A DNA stretch of 64,000 nt from Ignavibacteriota bacterium (GTDB lineage: Bacteria > Bacteroidota > Ignavibacteria > Palsa-1295), in NCBI GenBank assembly GCA_963787835.1, contig CAWBEI010000002.1:160001-224000 (forward strand), in the 5' to 3' direction. Positions 8,784-17,838 of this stretch are shown here, piece by piece. Positions within the stretch are counted from its first letter, which is position 1; the number at the start of each line of letters is the position of its first letter. Below the pieces are notes generated by a model. It had not been told where the DNA came from, made no database searches, and saw nothing but the letters and a program-made list of their open reading frames with translations. A program made the translations under genes and the position numbers.

Positions 8784-8925
8784 CCTGAGCGGAGCAAAAC
8801 GGAGCGATAGCGTAGTTTTGCTCAGTCGAAGGATCTCCGGACATTCATCACTCAGCTGAGCTGCATGGGATCCTTCGACTCCGTTCGCCCCTCCTTCGTC
8901 GGGCCGAACTCCGCTCAGGATGACA
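8778..8925. repeat. Palindromic REP-like element, family A (TGTCATCCTGAGCG...CGCTCAGGATGACA), copy 1
   Basis: Terminal inverted repeats, inner GAAGGATC/GATCCTTCG and two side hairpins; homologous to 24504-24633 and 43522-43669. Confidence 0.85.
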
Positions 8926-8944
8926 ATCATTAAATTTACTACTC

Positions 8945-9508
8945 TCACTTCTTTATCCTTCCCGGATTCATTTCCACAAATTGCTTCCAGTTCTTGGAAG
9001 AAGCTTTCGCGGCTGTGGACGAACTGCCGTTCCGAAATCGCGCCGCGTGCGTGATCGCAACCGCGAGCGCATCATACGCGTCCGGTAGTTTCTTATCCGC
9101 AGGTTTTAATCCTAATAATGAACGAACCATGAATTCCACTTGCTCCTTCGAGGCATTTCCGTTCCCAACGACGGCCCGTTTTATTTCGCGTGGCGCATAT
9201 TCTGCGGGCGGAACATCCTTGAGCATGCTCGCCAGCATCGCTACGCCGCGCGCATGACCTAACTTCAGCGTCGATTGCACATTCTTGTGATAGAATGCCG
9301 ATTCGATCGCAACCGCATCGGGGTTTGCGCGCTCGATCACCGCCGTGAGCCTTGTAAAAATAACACGCAGCCGAACGGCCAGAGTTGCAATCCGTTTGGA
9401 TTCGATGGTGCCATATTCCACCAGCTCGAAGCTGTTCCCGTTGCTGCTCGATTGGATCACCCCGTATCCGGTAACCAACGTGCCTGGGTCGATGCCGAGT
9501 ATCTTCAT
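8945..9508 (-). CDS. ruvC: Holliday junction resolvase RuvC
   Basis: MKILGIDPG, AIESAF, LGHARG, GNGNASKEQV, DAYDALAVA. Start ATG 9508 overlaps the hpnD stop (ATGA). Confidence 0.95.
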   Translation of the reverse strand: MKILGIDPGTLVTGYGVIQSSSNGNSFELVEYGTIESKRIATLAVRLRVIFTRLTAVIERANPDAVAIESAFYHKNVQSTLKLGHARGVAMLASMLKDVPPAEYAPREIKRAVVGNGNASKEQVEFMVRSLLGLKPADKKLPDAYDALAVAITHAARFRNGSSSTAAKASSKNWKQFVEMNPGRIKK

Positions 9509-10362
9509 TGTGGTAACCTCAGCCGGTTCTTCACCCAAACATTCAGTGCGATCCGTATTTTTTGGAAATTCGAAAATCTGATACGCTCGGCAAAAACATT
9601 AAATCTTGATTTCTCGATCTTGGTCAAAAGCCGGAAATAGATCGCGTCCATGATCTGCGCAGCAACCATGGATCGCCGTTCATCCGGTAGAAGCAACGAG
9701 TGCGCTTTTGAATAAAATTCTCGCGCCCGCTCTGCCTCGAATTTCATCACGGCTATGAACCGCTCATCATATAGCGAGGATATAATACTTTGCTCGTCGT
9801 ATCCGAATTTGTGGAGATCTTCGAGCGGTAAATATATTCTATTATTTGCCGCATCCTGTTTTACATCACGCAGGATGTTCGTAAGCTGAAGTGCGTAGCC
9901 AAGCTGGACAGCATATTCCCGGGTTTCTTCGTGCTTGAACCCAAATACTTGAATGGAGATCAACCCGACTACGCTTGCAACCGCATAACAATACTCTAGA
10001 AGTTCCTCGAAGGTTTCGTATCGCGTTTGATGGAGATCCATCTCCACGCCATCAGTGAGTGTCAGAAGATACTCTTTCGGAATCTCATATTCATGAATAA
10101 TATCTCTTAAAGAAATCATCACGGGATGTGTTGGCTTGCCGTTGTAACACGCTTCTATCTCCATGCGCCATGTTCGGATGCGCTCTTGCTTTTCTTCGAC
10201 AGATGCGTTATCTTCATCCACGAGGTCATCCGTGTATCGGCAGAAATCATAGATACGGAGCATGGCTTCGCGCTTCCGTTTTGGCAGAAGCATGAAGGAA
10301 AAGAAAAAATTACTGCGACGTGAGCCAGAGTGAGCAGATGCCATTGGCATGTGCAACAGCAA
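9505..10362 (-). CDS. hpnD: Presqualene diphosphate synthase HpnD / phytoene synthase family
   Basis: SNFFFSF, FCRYTDDLVD, YCYAVASVVG, QLTNILRDVKQD, RIYLP. Confidence 0.8.
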   Translation of the reverse strand: MLLHMPMASAHSGSRRSNFFFSFMLLPKRKREAMLRIYDFCRYTDDLVDEDNASVEEKQERIRTWRMEIEACYNGKPTHPVMISLRDIIHEYEIPKEYLLTLTDGVEMDLHQTRYETFEELLEYCYAVASVVGLISIQVFGFKHEETREYAVQLGYALQLTNILRDVKQDAANNRIYLPLEDLHKFGYDEQSIISSLYDERFIAVMKFEAERAREFYSKAHSLLLPDERRSMVAAQIMDAIYFRLLTKIEKSRFNVFAERIRFSNFQKIRIALNVWVKNRLRLPQ

Positions 10363-10371
10363 CTTTGAACG

Positions 10372-11241
10372 CTAAACTCCGCTACGGTTAGTGAATGCGG
10401 ATAGAAGCATCTTCAATTTTTCAAGCATAGATAGCGTGGGCCGCTCCTCAATGGTATTCCCATTTATTGCTCGAATCTTCCCGATCATCATTCTTGCACC
10501 TGTTAGAACGGCACGAAGCTCCATTCGAAGGCGTCCGCTCACGCTTGCAGGAAGTGCAGCACCATTCGCGAGCAGTTGTTCGATTCTATCGCATTCGAAG
10601 AGGATCAATCTGTCCGTCATCGAAGAATTCAATACTTCATCGGCGGTTTCGATGCCGAATGACTGGAAATCTTCTCGTGGGAAATAGCAGCGATTCTGGG
10701 TAAGATCGTCTTTAGCATCCTGAAGAAAATTGATAAGTTGCAATGCGGTGCAAATATCGTTCGACCACCCTATTCGTTCCTGATCCCGATAGCCAAACAG
10801 CGCCAGCACTAACTGCCCCACGGGTTCGGCGGAACGCATGGTGTACCAGTGCAGATCATCATACGTATCGAAACGAACGTTGCCACGGGCATCGAATTCG
10901 AATGCATCGACCAGCATATCGAATGGCTGAATCGCAAGACTAAATTTTTGAACAGTATCCTGTAATGCGAGAAAGATGGAATCGCTGGGCTGCTCGTTCT
11001 TATAGATGGAATGAAGCATTGTGCGCCAATCTGCAAGCAAAACAAGCCGTTCTTCGCTCGAACGATGTGGGAGATCGGCAAAATCATCCGCGGTGCGCAT
11101 GAAGGCATAGAGCGCGTAGAAATACTTGCGAAGTTTGCCTGGAATCAGCACGGAGCCAACGGGAAAATTCTCGTAATGGCCAGTGGCAATTTGCCGGCAA
11201 TGTTCGTAGGCTTCGTTGGGGGATGGGTTTGTCACGCCCAA
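10372..11241 (-). CDS. hpnC: Squalene synthase HpnC
   Basis: HYENFPVGS, YAFMRTADDFAD, SAEPVGQLVL, ICTALQLINFLQD. Confidence 0.88.
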   Translation of the reverse strand: MGVTNPSPNEAYEHCRQIATGHYENFPVGSVLIPGKLRKYFYALYAFMRTADDFADLPHRSSEERLVLLADWRTMLHSIYKNEQPSDSIFLALQDTVQKFSLAIQPFDMLVDAFEFDARGNVRFDTYDDLHWYTMRSAEPVGQLVLALFGYRDQERIGWSNDICTALQLINFLQDAKDDLTQNRCYFPREDFQSFGIETADEVLNSSMTDRLILFECDRIEQLLANGAALPASVSGRLRMELRAVLTGARMMIGKIRAINGNTIEERPTLSMLEKLKMLLSAFTNRSGV

Positions 11242-11243
11242 TC

Positions 11244-11645
11244 CTACTTCAATAATGCGACAAAACCAGCTTGCTCAAAATGTTTATCGCCGGTGAGCGC
11301 TTCTTTAATACCCTGATCGCGCATGACGATAAAGGATGTGCAGTCTGTAAGTGACCATTCTTTATCAGAATGTCGATGATAATAATGGAGAGCATGGTCG
11401 AAAAGATCTCGACTGGCTTCGAGTACTTCACAGTGAGGTAGTGATCTTAAATAAAGGAAATAGTCGCGTGCTTGATCGCGTACTTCTGAACCGGCTAAAG
11501 CATCCGCTACTTCCATCAGTACCCAGTCGGTTGTGACGAGACTGGCCCGCATGGTTTTTGAAAACTCAATCACACGATCGTGATGTTGATCCTCCTGATT
11601 GATCCGAGCAATGAAATAATAAGCATCAGCAAAAAATACTCTCAT
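11244..11645 (-). CDS. vapC: PIN-domain toxin, VapC family
   Basis: FADAYYFIA...DQHH...WSLTDCTSFIVM...ALTGDKHFEQAGF. Confidence 0.9.
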   Translation of the reverse strand: MRVFFADAYYFIARINQEDQHHDRVIEFSKTMRASLVTTDWVLMEVADALAGSEVRDQARDYFLYLRSLPHCEVLEASRDLFDHALHYYHRHSDKEWSLTDCTSFIVMRDQGIKEALTGDKHFEQAGFVALLK

Positions 11646-11863
11646 TTTTTCGGATGCCCGTGGACGTAATGATCGATATTCGCCGCTAAGTCTGGCGGAA
11701 GATCAGTAGCAATGCCATCCCATTTCTTTAGCATTTCGTACAGCGTAGGGATTTCTTCCTCTTCAGGTATCACGCGCACGGTCATCCCATCCGGCCAGTC
11801 CACGTCAGGCGGCATGACAACGTGGCCTTTTTCGATTTTCGCTGTTATTGGTTGGTATGTCAT
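11642..11863 (-). CDS. Putative cognate antitoxin of the VapC toxin
   Basis: 73 aa upstream of vapC with an ATGA overlap; N-terminal beta-strand segment and C-terminal LPPDLAANIDHYVHG of the type seen in PIN-associated antitoxins. Confidence 0.75.
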   Translation of the reverse strand: MTYQPITAKIEKGHVVMPPDVDWPDGMTVRVIPEEEEIPTLYEMLKKWDGIATDLPPDLAANIDHYVHGHPKK

Positions 11864-11984
11864 AATATCACCATGTTTACAATAACGCAGGTTCAGAGTA
11901 GGAAATTCATTCCGTAAAGTTCAACCCCATGCAAGAAATGCCTCGGAGCCGAACGGCATTCATTTACGTTTAGGCGCTTGATAT

Positions 11985-13007
11985 ATGGAAGCTCGCCGAA
12001 ACGCCGCCTCAAGTCGTCAATCCGCTTGGATTCACCGGTTCGCTATTTTCACAGCAGTGTGCTGTTTTGCGCTGCTATTTATTGGTGGGCTTGTGACAAG
12101 CCATCAGGCCGGGCTATCCGTCCCCGACTGGCCGACGAGTTATGGCTGGAACATGTTCACCTTCCCGATGAAAGATTGGACGGGCAACATTTTTTACGAG
12201 CACACGCATCGGCTGTTCGCATCGTTCGTCGGCTTTCTTATTCTTGCTCTCGCGATCGTTCTGCAAATCTATGAGCCGCGCAAGTGGGTGAAGCGACTTG
12301 GGTGGTTCGCATTGGGTTGTGTGGTGATGCAAGGCGTTTTGGGTGGAATCACCGTGCTAACCTATCTTCCTCCTGCGGTTTCGAGCGCACATGCGGGGCT
12401 CGGGCAAGCGGTGTTTTGCTTAACCATCGGCATTGCAATGGTTACCGGTAAACGATGGGACAAACAAGGAACTAAGTGGAGTGAGCGGACGAAAGTTGGT
12501 GTTAGGATGCTTTCATTGATTACTGTATGCTGTATTTTCACTCAACTTATGATCGGTGCAGTGATGCGGCATACCTTTTCCGGCCTTGCTATCCCATCGT
12601 TCCCATTTGCACCGAATGGCAGTTTAATTCCCGATTTCACGTCCTTCGGCGTGGCGATCAATTTTACTCACCGCGTTGGTGCATTTGTGGTTACGATCAT
12701 GATGTTCCTTACAGCGCGCGCTATCTTTCGGTGGTATCCACGGGAAAGATCGCTGGTATTTCCCATGATGTTTGCCATGCTCCTGCTTGGCATTCAGATC
12801 ATGCTTGGCGCCATCACAATATGGAGCCAGAAAGCTGTTACGCCGACCACACTTCACGTCTCCTGTGGCGCGGCTATTCTGGGAACGATGGTTTATATTA
12901 TGGTAAAAAGCCGGCACATGTTGGCGGCTAAGGCAGAGAACGTGACCTATGCCAGCGAAGGGAGACATACTTTAAGCGAGAAAATAGCTTCGGCATCGGT
13001 AAAATAA
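11985..13007 (+). CDS. ctaA: Heme A synthase (COX15/CtaA family)
   Basis: [21 protein letters not shown], conserved His in TM helices (SAHAG, FTHR, TLHV). Confidence 0.88.
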   Translation: MEARRNAASSRQSAWIHRFAIFTAVCCFALLFIGGLVTSHQAGLSVPDWPTSYGWNMFTFPMKDWTGNIFYEHTHRLFASFVGFLILALAIVLQIYEPRKWVKRLGWFALGCVVMQGVLGGITVLTYLPPAVSSAHAGLGQAVFCLTIGIAMVTGKRWDKQGTKWSERTKVGVRMLSLITVCCIFTQLMIGAVMRHTFSGLAIPSFPFAPNGSLIPDFTSFGVAINFTHRVGAFVVTIMMFLTARAIFRWYPRERSLVFPMMFAMLLLGIQIMLGAITIWSQKAVTPTTLHVSCGAAILGTMVYIMVKSRHMLAAKAENVTYASEGRHTLSEKIASASVK

Positions 13008-13913
13008 ATGGAGAATACTGCAAAGCTTGATTCCCCGGCAGCCCCACCATCCTTCGATTGGCGGCAGCTTCTGCGGGATTTCTACGATCTTTCGAAACCT
13101 GGCATTGGATTTTATTCCCTGCTAACAACAGCCACCTCGTTCTGGCTTGCCTCCACGGAATTTAATCTCGTCCTTTTCATTCACACGATGATCGCAACCG
13201 GGCTTGTAACCTGTGGCGGCGGCGCGTTGAATCAAGTGATCGAGATCGAGGCAGATTCTCAGATGCGGCGTACCGAGAAGCGTCCGCTTCCATCTGGCAG
13301 AGTGTCACCTACTGCCGGCCTTGCGTTCGGGGTACTTGCATCTCTGGCTGGGGCGGTTTATATGCTAACCTTTGTTGGAAGTTTGGCAAGTATTCTTGCC
13401 ATTCTGACACTTCTTGGATATTTATTCGTCTATACTCCGCTGAAGAAACGGACGCATCTTTCCACGCTTGTGGGTGCGTTCCCGGGAGCAGTTCCCATCC
13501 TGATCGGCTGGGCGGCCGCGCGCGGGTCGCTGAATGTAGAGGCATGGTCGTTGTTTGCAATATTGTTCCTGTGGCAGATCCCCCATTTCCTCGCCATTGC
13601 GTGGATGTACCGTAAGGATTACGCCCGCGCAGGGTTCCCGATGCTCACCGTTATCGATCCGGAAGGCTCCCGTGTCGCCTTTCAAGCCCTGAGTTACACG
13701 CTTGTCCTTATTCCTGTCAGTTTATTACCGTCGCTTCTGAAATTGACAGGGCCGATCTATTTCGGCGGAGCATTGCTATTGGGAGTCGGCTTTACCATCG
13801 CCGCAATTCGCATCGTGAGTGCGCGCACGAATACCACTGCGAAACAACTGCTCTTTGCCTCGATCATTTATTTGCCGGTTCTGCTCGCACTGATGGCGAT
13901 CGATAAGCAATGA
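13008..13913 (+). CDS. ctaB: Protoheme IX farnesyltransferase (heme O synthase)
   Basis: DSQMRRTEKRPLPSG, YTPLKK, WQIPHFLAIAW, DYARAGFPML. Confidence 0.95.
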   Translation: MENTAKLDSPAAPPSFDWRQLLRDFYDLSKPGIGFYSLLTTATSFWLASTEFNLVLFIHTMIATGLVTCGGGALNQVIEIEADSQMRRTEKRPLPSGRVSPTAGLAFGVLASLAGAVYMLTFVGSLASILAILTLLGYLFVYTPLKKRTHLSTLVGAFPGAVPILIGWAAARGSLNVEAWSLFAILFLWQIPHFLAIAWMYRKDYARAGFPMLTVIDPEGSRVAFQALSYTLVLIPVSLLPSLLKLTGPIYFGGALLLGVGFTIAAIRIVSARTNTTAKQLLFASIIYLPVLLALMAIDKQ

Positions 13914-13973
13914 CAGCGTTCGGGATGTGAACTAAATGATCTACCGCTGCTTTTATAGCATGGGAGAACGAAT

Positions 13974-14525
13974 ATGCTGGAAACCATAGAAAAACGGGCA
14001 ACGATCCAGGACTACGAGCGTCTCGAAGAAGGTGCGCCCTATCAACTGATTGGCGGAGAATTAATTATGACCCCGAGTCCCAGCTTTTTTCATCAGAGAA
14101 TTCAATACCGACTTGCAAATGCACTCGGTACCTTCGTTGAGAAGAATAGACTCGGTATTCTTGTCGGTGCACCGCTCGACGTCTATTTAAGCGATGAAGA
14201 TGTCTATCAACCCGATCTCATCTTTATTCGCGCAGACCGGGCACACAATCTCCAAAAAGATAAGCTCCATATTATCCCCGATCTTGTCATTGAAGTGCTT
14301 TCATCTTCCACGGCTTATTATGACTTTACACGCAAGAAGGAAATGTATTGCACGCACGGTGTATCGGAATATTGGATCGTTGATCCTGAAGCCGAAACAA
14401 TCGAAATGATGGTCAAGCGCGGTGAGATTTACCAAACGGAACAATTGCTGCACAAAACCGGTACATTGGAATCCTCGATGTTTCCTGCCTTTAGCATGAA
14501 AATACAGGACGTTTTTGAATTCTAA
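13974..14525 (+). CDS. Uma2 family PD-(D/E)xK endonuclease-like protein
   Basis: YQLIGGELIMTPSP..HQ, QPDL, PDLVIEVLS, GVSEYWIVDP. Confidence 0.92.
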   Translation: MLETIEKRATIQDYERLEEGAPYQLIGGELIMTPSPSFFHQRIQYRLANALGTFVEKNRLGILVGAPLDVYLSDEDVYQPDLIFIRADRAHNLQKDKLHIIPDLVIEVLSSSTAYYDFTRKKEMYCTHGVSEYWIVDPEAETIEMMVKRGEIYQTEQLLHKTGTLESSMFPAFSMKIQDVFEF

Positions 14526-14605
14526 AGAACAATGAATGTGTCTTTTCTTTCACGAACTGGTACCACATTCTCCATGTTTACTTTATTTAAGGGTTTAAAA
14601 GCAGG

Positions 14606-15013
14606 ATGAAACGCAAACATATTATCGCTCTCGTCGTCGCGGTCGCATTTATCGGTATTGCGGCATTTGCGTTGATCGATAATAAGGTCGATTACTCGGA
14701 TTTTGAAAAGGCTGCATCGAGCGGGCGGCGCACCCAGGTATCCGGAACCTATGATAAAGATAAAGGCGCTCAGTATGACGCAAATTCCAACACGTTCTCC
14801 TTTTTCATGAAAGATCGTGCCGGGCACGAAATGCCGGTTAAATATGCAGGCATGAAGCCGAACAACTTCGAGATCGCGCCTAGCGTCGTCTGTGTTGGAA
14901 AAGTCGAAAGCGGTGTATTCGAAGCCACGGATATTCAGACCAAATGTCCATCGCGGTACGAGGGTTCTGGCAAGATGAATACAAATGTAACAAGTCAGTC
15001 CGGCCAATCATGA
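14606..15013 (+). CDS. ccmE: Cytochrome c maturation heme chaperone CcmE (CxxxY variant)
   Basis: N-terminal TM, OB-fold-like body, TKCPSRY motif, directly upstream of ccmF. Confidence 0.85.
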   Translation: MKRKHIIALVVAVAFIGIAAFALIDNKVDYSDFEKAASSGRRTQVSGTYDKDKGAQYDANSNTFSFFMKDRAGHEMPVKYAGMKPNNFEIAPSVVCVGKVESGVFEATDIQTKCPSRYEGSGKMNTNVTSQSGQS

Positions 15014-15030
15014 GGTCAACTCGACCGATG

Positions 15031-15069
15031 AGATTGCTTCGTCGTCCCTCTCGGGCTCCTCGCAATGAC
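15031..15069. repeat. Half copy of palindromic repeat family B (AGATTGCTTCGTCG...CTCGCAATGAC)
   Basis: Nearly identical to the right arm of 29634-29740. Confidence 0.8.
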
Positions 15070-15098
15070 GGTCTTAATTCTTAATTTTTAATTCTCAA

Positions 15099-17726
15099 TT
15101 GCTCGGTAATATCGCACTCGCCTTTACGCTTACCGCCTCCGTTATGGGGATGGTATTATACACGCTTGCTGCTCGCGGGAGAACCGAACTTACCATAGCA
15201 GCGCGTTTCGCAACACGGCTTGCGATCCTTGGCATGTTTGTTGCCTGTGGAACCCTCCTCTATTATATTTTCAATTACCATTTCGAGTTCAATTACGTCT
15301 ATGAACATGTGTCTCGCAAACTGAGTAAGTTCCTGCTCTTCTCGACATTCTACGCAAGCCAGGAAGGAAGCTTTATGCTGTGGGGCTTGTGGACATCCGT
15401 CATCGCCGCATTCCTTATCGGTTACGCTCGCCGCCAGCGATATGAAGCGCATGTCATGGCGATCTTTCTCTCGGTGCTCGTTTTTATCTCGATCATGCTG
15501 CTTGCCAAAAGCCCGTTCGAGACGATTTATGCTGCAAATCCGGGTCAGGCGCCGAAAGGATTTATACCGATGGATGGCAAAGGCCTAAATCCATCGCTGG
15601 AAAATCTTTGGATCGTCATTCATCCTCCGATGTTGTTTCTAGGGTTTTCCTTGCTTGCTGTTCCATTCGCATTTGCTCTGGCTGGGCTTATCAAACGTGA
15701 TTATCAGGGTTGGGTCGTAACATCGATGCCCTGGACGCTTGGAGCGGCGATGGTCTTAGGATTTGGTGTGATGCTCGGCGGATTCTGGGCGTATGAAACG
15801 CTTGGCTGGGGCGGATTCTGGGGATGGGATCCCGTCGAGAACGCAAGCTTGCTTCCCTGGCTGATCACAGTAGCGGCCGCACATTCGATGCTCACACAAA
15901 AGCGAACCGGCGGCCTCATTAGAACGAACATTGCGCTCACACTTCTTGCGTATGCGCTCGTGTTATATGGCTCATTCCTGACCCGCTCCGGCGTACTTGG
16001 CGATGCCAGCGTACACTCGTTCGCCGATCCCGGCAATCTTGCATTTACATTGCTGGTTGGTGCATTAGCAGTCTTTATTCTTGTCCCTTTCGGAATTTTC
16101 TTCTGGCGATGGCGCGAAATGTCGGGCTTTGCTCAGGATTATAAGATCCTCTCTCGCGAAACCGGACTTTCCATTGCATCTGCGCTATTGGGCGCGAGCG
16201 CTCTCGTTGTTTTTATTGGCACGAGCGCTCCGTTGCTGAAGAAAAAAGTCGAGACCGATTTCTATAACAATCTCCACATTCCGCTCATCACCGTTTTACT
16301 ACTTGTAAACGGACTTTCCTTGCTGCTGAAGTGGCGTCAATCGAGCTGGAACGAAGTTGTGAAAAAATCGATCACGGCATTGATTGCCTCTGCGGTATTT
16401 ACCATTGGCGTGGTATTCATGGGTGTTCACGACCCAAAATATGTTGCCGTTTGTGCGGCAGCATTCTTTGCGCTATTTGTTAATCTTGAAATCGGCTGGA
16501 AGATCCTTCGGGGTCATTGGCGCTTTTCCTTCGAGCGTTCTGCTCCCACCCGGCACGATTATGTTCGGCGGCTTTCCACTGCGCTTGGCATTACCCTGCT
16601 TCTTGGGCTGATCGCTCTGCTTGTCAGCACTGCTGGCGATTACAATCTCTTTGGAGTAGCCATTGCTCAATATTGGCCATATTTAGCGATCCTCTTTGCG
16701 GCGCTTCTGACTGCATTTGTTCTCGCAGGTTATCCAAAATTTATTTTCGACACGAAATTTCTTGGGGCCTATGTTGCACATGTCGGGCTGGCCGTTTTCG
16801 TGATCGGCGTCATTGCGGCAAATGGTTATACCAAACGGGATTTTATCACTCTGCCGATCCACAAACCGGTTCCGGCGTTCAATGGCAAATACACACTGAC
16901 ATTCCGTGGCACCGAGGAAGCTCCAAACGAGCACAGCTACTTCATTATCAATATCGCCGATAAAAACGGTTATGCCGGAACCGCAAGACCATTGTGGTTC
17001 ATGACGGACTTTAACCAGCATCAGTCACCCATTGCTAATCCCGGAATTGTGAAGTACGCGTCCCGCGATCTCTACTTTACCGTCATGGCGAACGAACTGG
17101 AAGGCGGAGTTCCCAAGGACACGCTTGGCAAGCTTCAGGAAGCGACCGTCCTCGATGGCAAGCTCAAGATAAAATTTATCAACTTCGATTTTCCACAGTC
17201 CGAGCGAACGAAGATGCTGTCACAGCAGCCCTTTCACGTCAAAGGGACTGTCGTTGCCAGCACGGAAGCAAAACCCGCAGGCGACACGCTCATTTTGGGC
17301 GTGACACGCAATCCTGTTACTGACGAAGCGCAGGAAGACGACGTACTCGTTCCGGGCACCAGCTTTCATGTTCAGTTGGGGCAGTTAATGCCGGACATGC
17401 AGAATCCTGCGAATTCCAAAGTCGTATTACGATATTTCGACGATCAGCACCTGCCTCCTGCGCCGACGGAAGTTGTAACCGTCGAAGCATTTGTAAAGCC
17501 TTATATCAATCTGGTATGGGGCGGGATTCTCACGCTGGTGCTTGGCTTTGGGTTCTCAGTGATGCGCCGTCGCCGTGAGGCACTCGTCGCGATCGACCGT
17601 GCAGAGCGCGTGTACGAAAAACTTCTGGCAAGCGACCATTCCAGAATGATCCCGGATGCGCCCGCTCTGGCCAGAAAAACCGACGCTCCGTTGTTAACGA
17701 AAAAGAAATACGACAAAAGGGCGTAA
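15099..17726 (+). CDS. ccmF: Cytochrome c-type biogenesis heme lyase CcmF
   Basis: QEGSFMLW, GLNPSL, IHPPMLF, WAYETLGWGGFWGWDPVENASL, RSG..SVHSF, KPYINLVW. Confidence 0.93.
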   Translation: MLGNIALAFTLTASVMGMVLYTLAARGRTELTIAARFATRLAILGMFVACGTLLYYIFNYHFEFNYVYEHVSRKLSKFLLFSTFYASQEGSFMLWGLWTSVIAAFLIGYARRQRYEAHVMAIFLSVLVFISIMLLAKSPFETIYAANPGQAPKGFIPMDGKGLNPSLENLWIVIHPPMLFLGFSLLAVPFAFALAGLIKRDYQGWVVTSMPWTLGAAMVLGFGVMLGGFWAYETLGWGGFWGWDPVENASLLPWLITVAAAHSMLTQKRTGGLIRTNIALTLLAYALVLYGSFLTRSGVLGDASVHSFADPGNLAFTLLVGALAVFILVPFGIFFWRWREMSGFAQDYKILSRETGLSIASALLGASALVVFIGTSAPLLKKKVETDFYNNLHIPLITVLLLVNGLSLLLKWRQSSWNEVVKKSITALIASAVFTIGVVFMGVHDPKYVAVCAAAFFALFVNLEIGWKILRGHWRFSFERSAPTRHDYVRRLSTALGITLLLGLIALLVSTAGDYNLFGVAIAQYWPYLAILFAALLTAFVLAGYPKFIFDTKFLGAYVAHVGLAVFVIGVIAANGYTKRDFITLPIHKPVPAFNGKYTLTFRGTEEAPNEHSYFIINIADKNGYAGTARPLWFMTDFNQHQSPIANPGIVKYASRDLYFTVMANELEGGVPKDTLGKLQEATVLDGKLKIKFINFDFPQSERTKMLSQQPFHVKGTVVASTEAKPAGDTLILGVTRNPVTDEAQEDDVLVPGTSFHVQLGQLMPDMQNPANSKVVLRYFDDQHLPPAPTEVVTVEAFVKPYINLVWGGILTLVLGFGFSVMRRRREALVAIDRAERVYEKLLASDHSRMIPDAPALARKTDAPLLTKKKYDKRA

Positions 17727-17747
17727 AACCCGTTTGCAAAGTGTTGG

Positions 17748-17783
17748 AAGCCGGATTCGTCGAAAGATGGAGCCGGTTTTTTT
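17748..17783 (+). terminator. Rho-independent terminator after ccmF
   Basis: AAGCCGG-ATTCGTC-GAAA-GATGGAG-CCGG followed by a T run. Confidence 0.8.
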
Positions 17784-17838
17784 GTGCCCAATCATTAGTC
17801 ACATTTTTTTCGCAAACGGAGGTTTGCGCTACACATAG

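Noticed and set aside
14522-15007. 161-aa minus-strand ORF
   Set aside because: Antisense to ccmE, which has the diagnostic motif and operon context.
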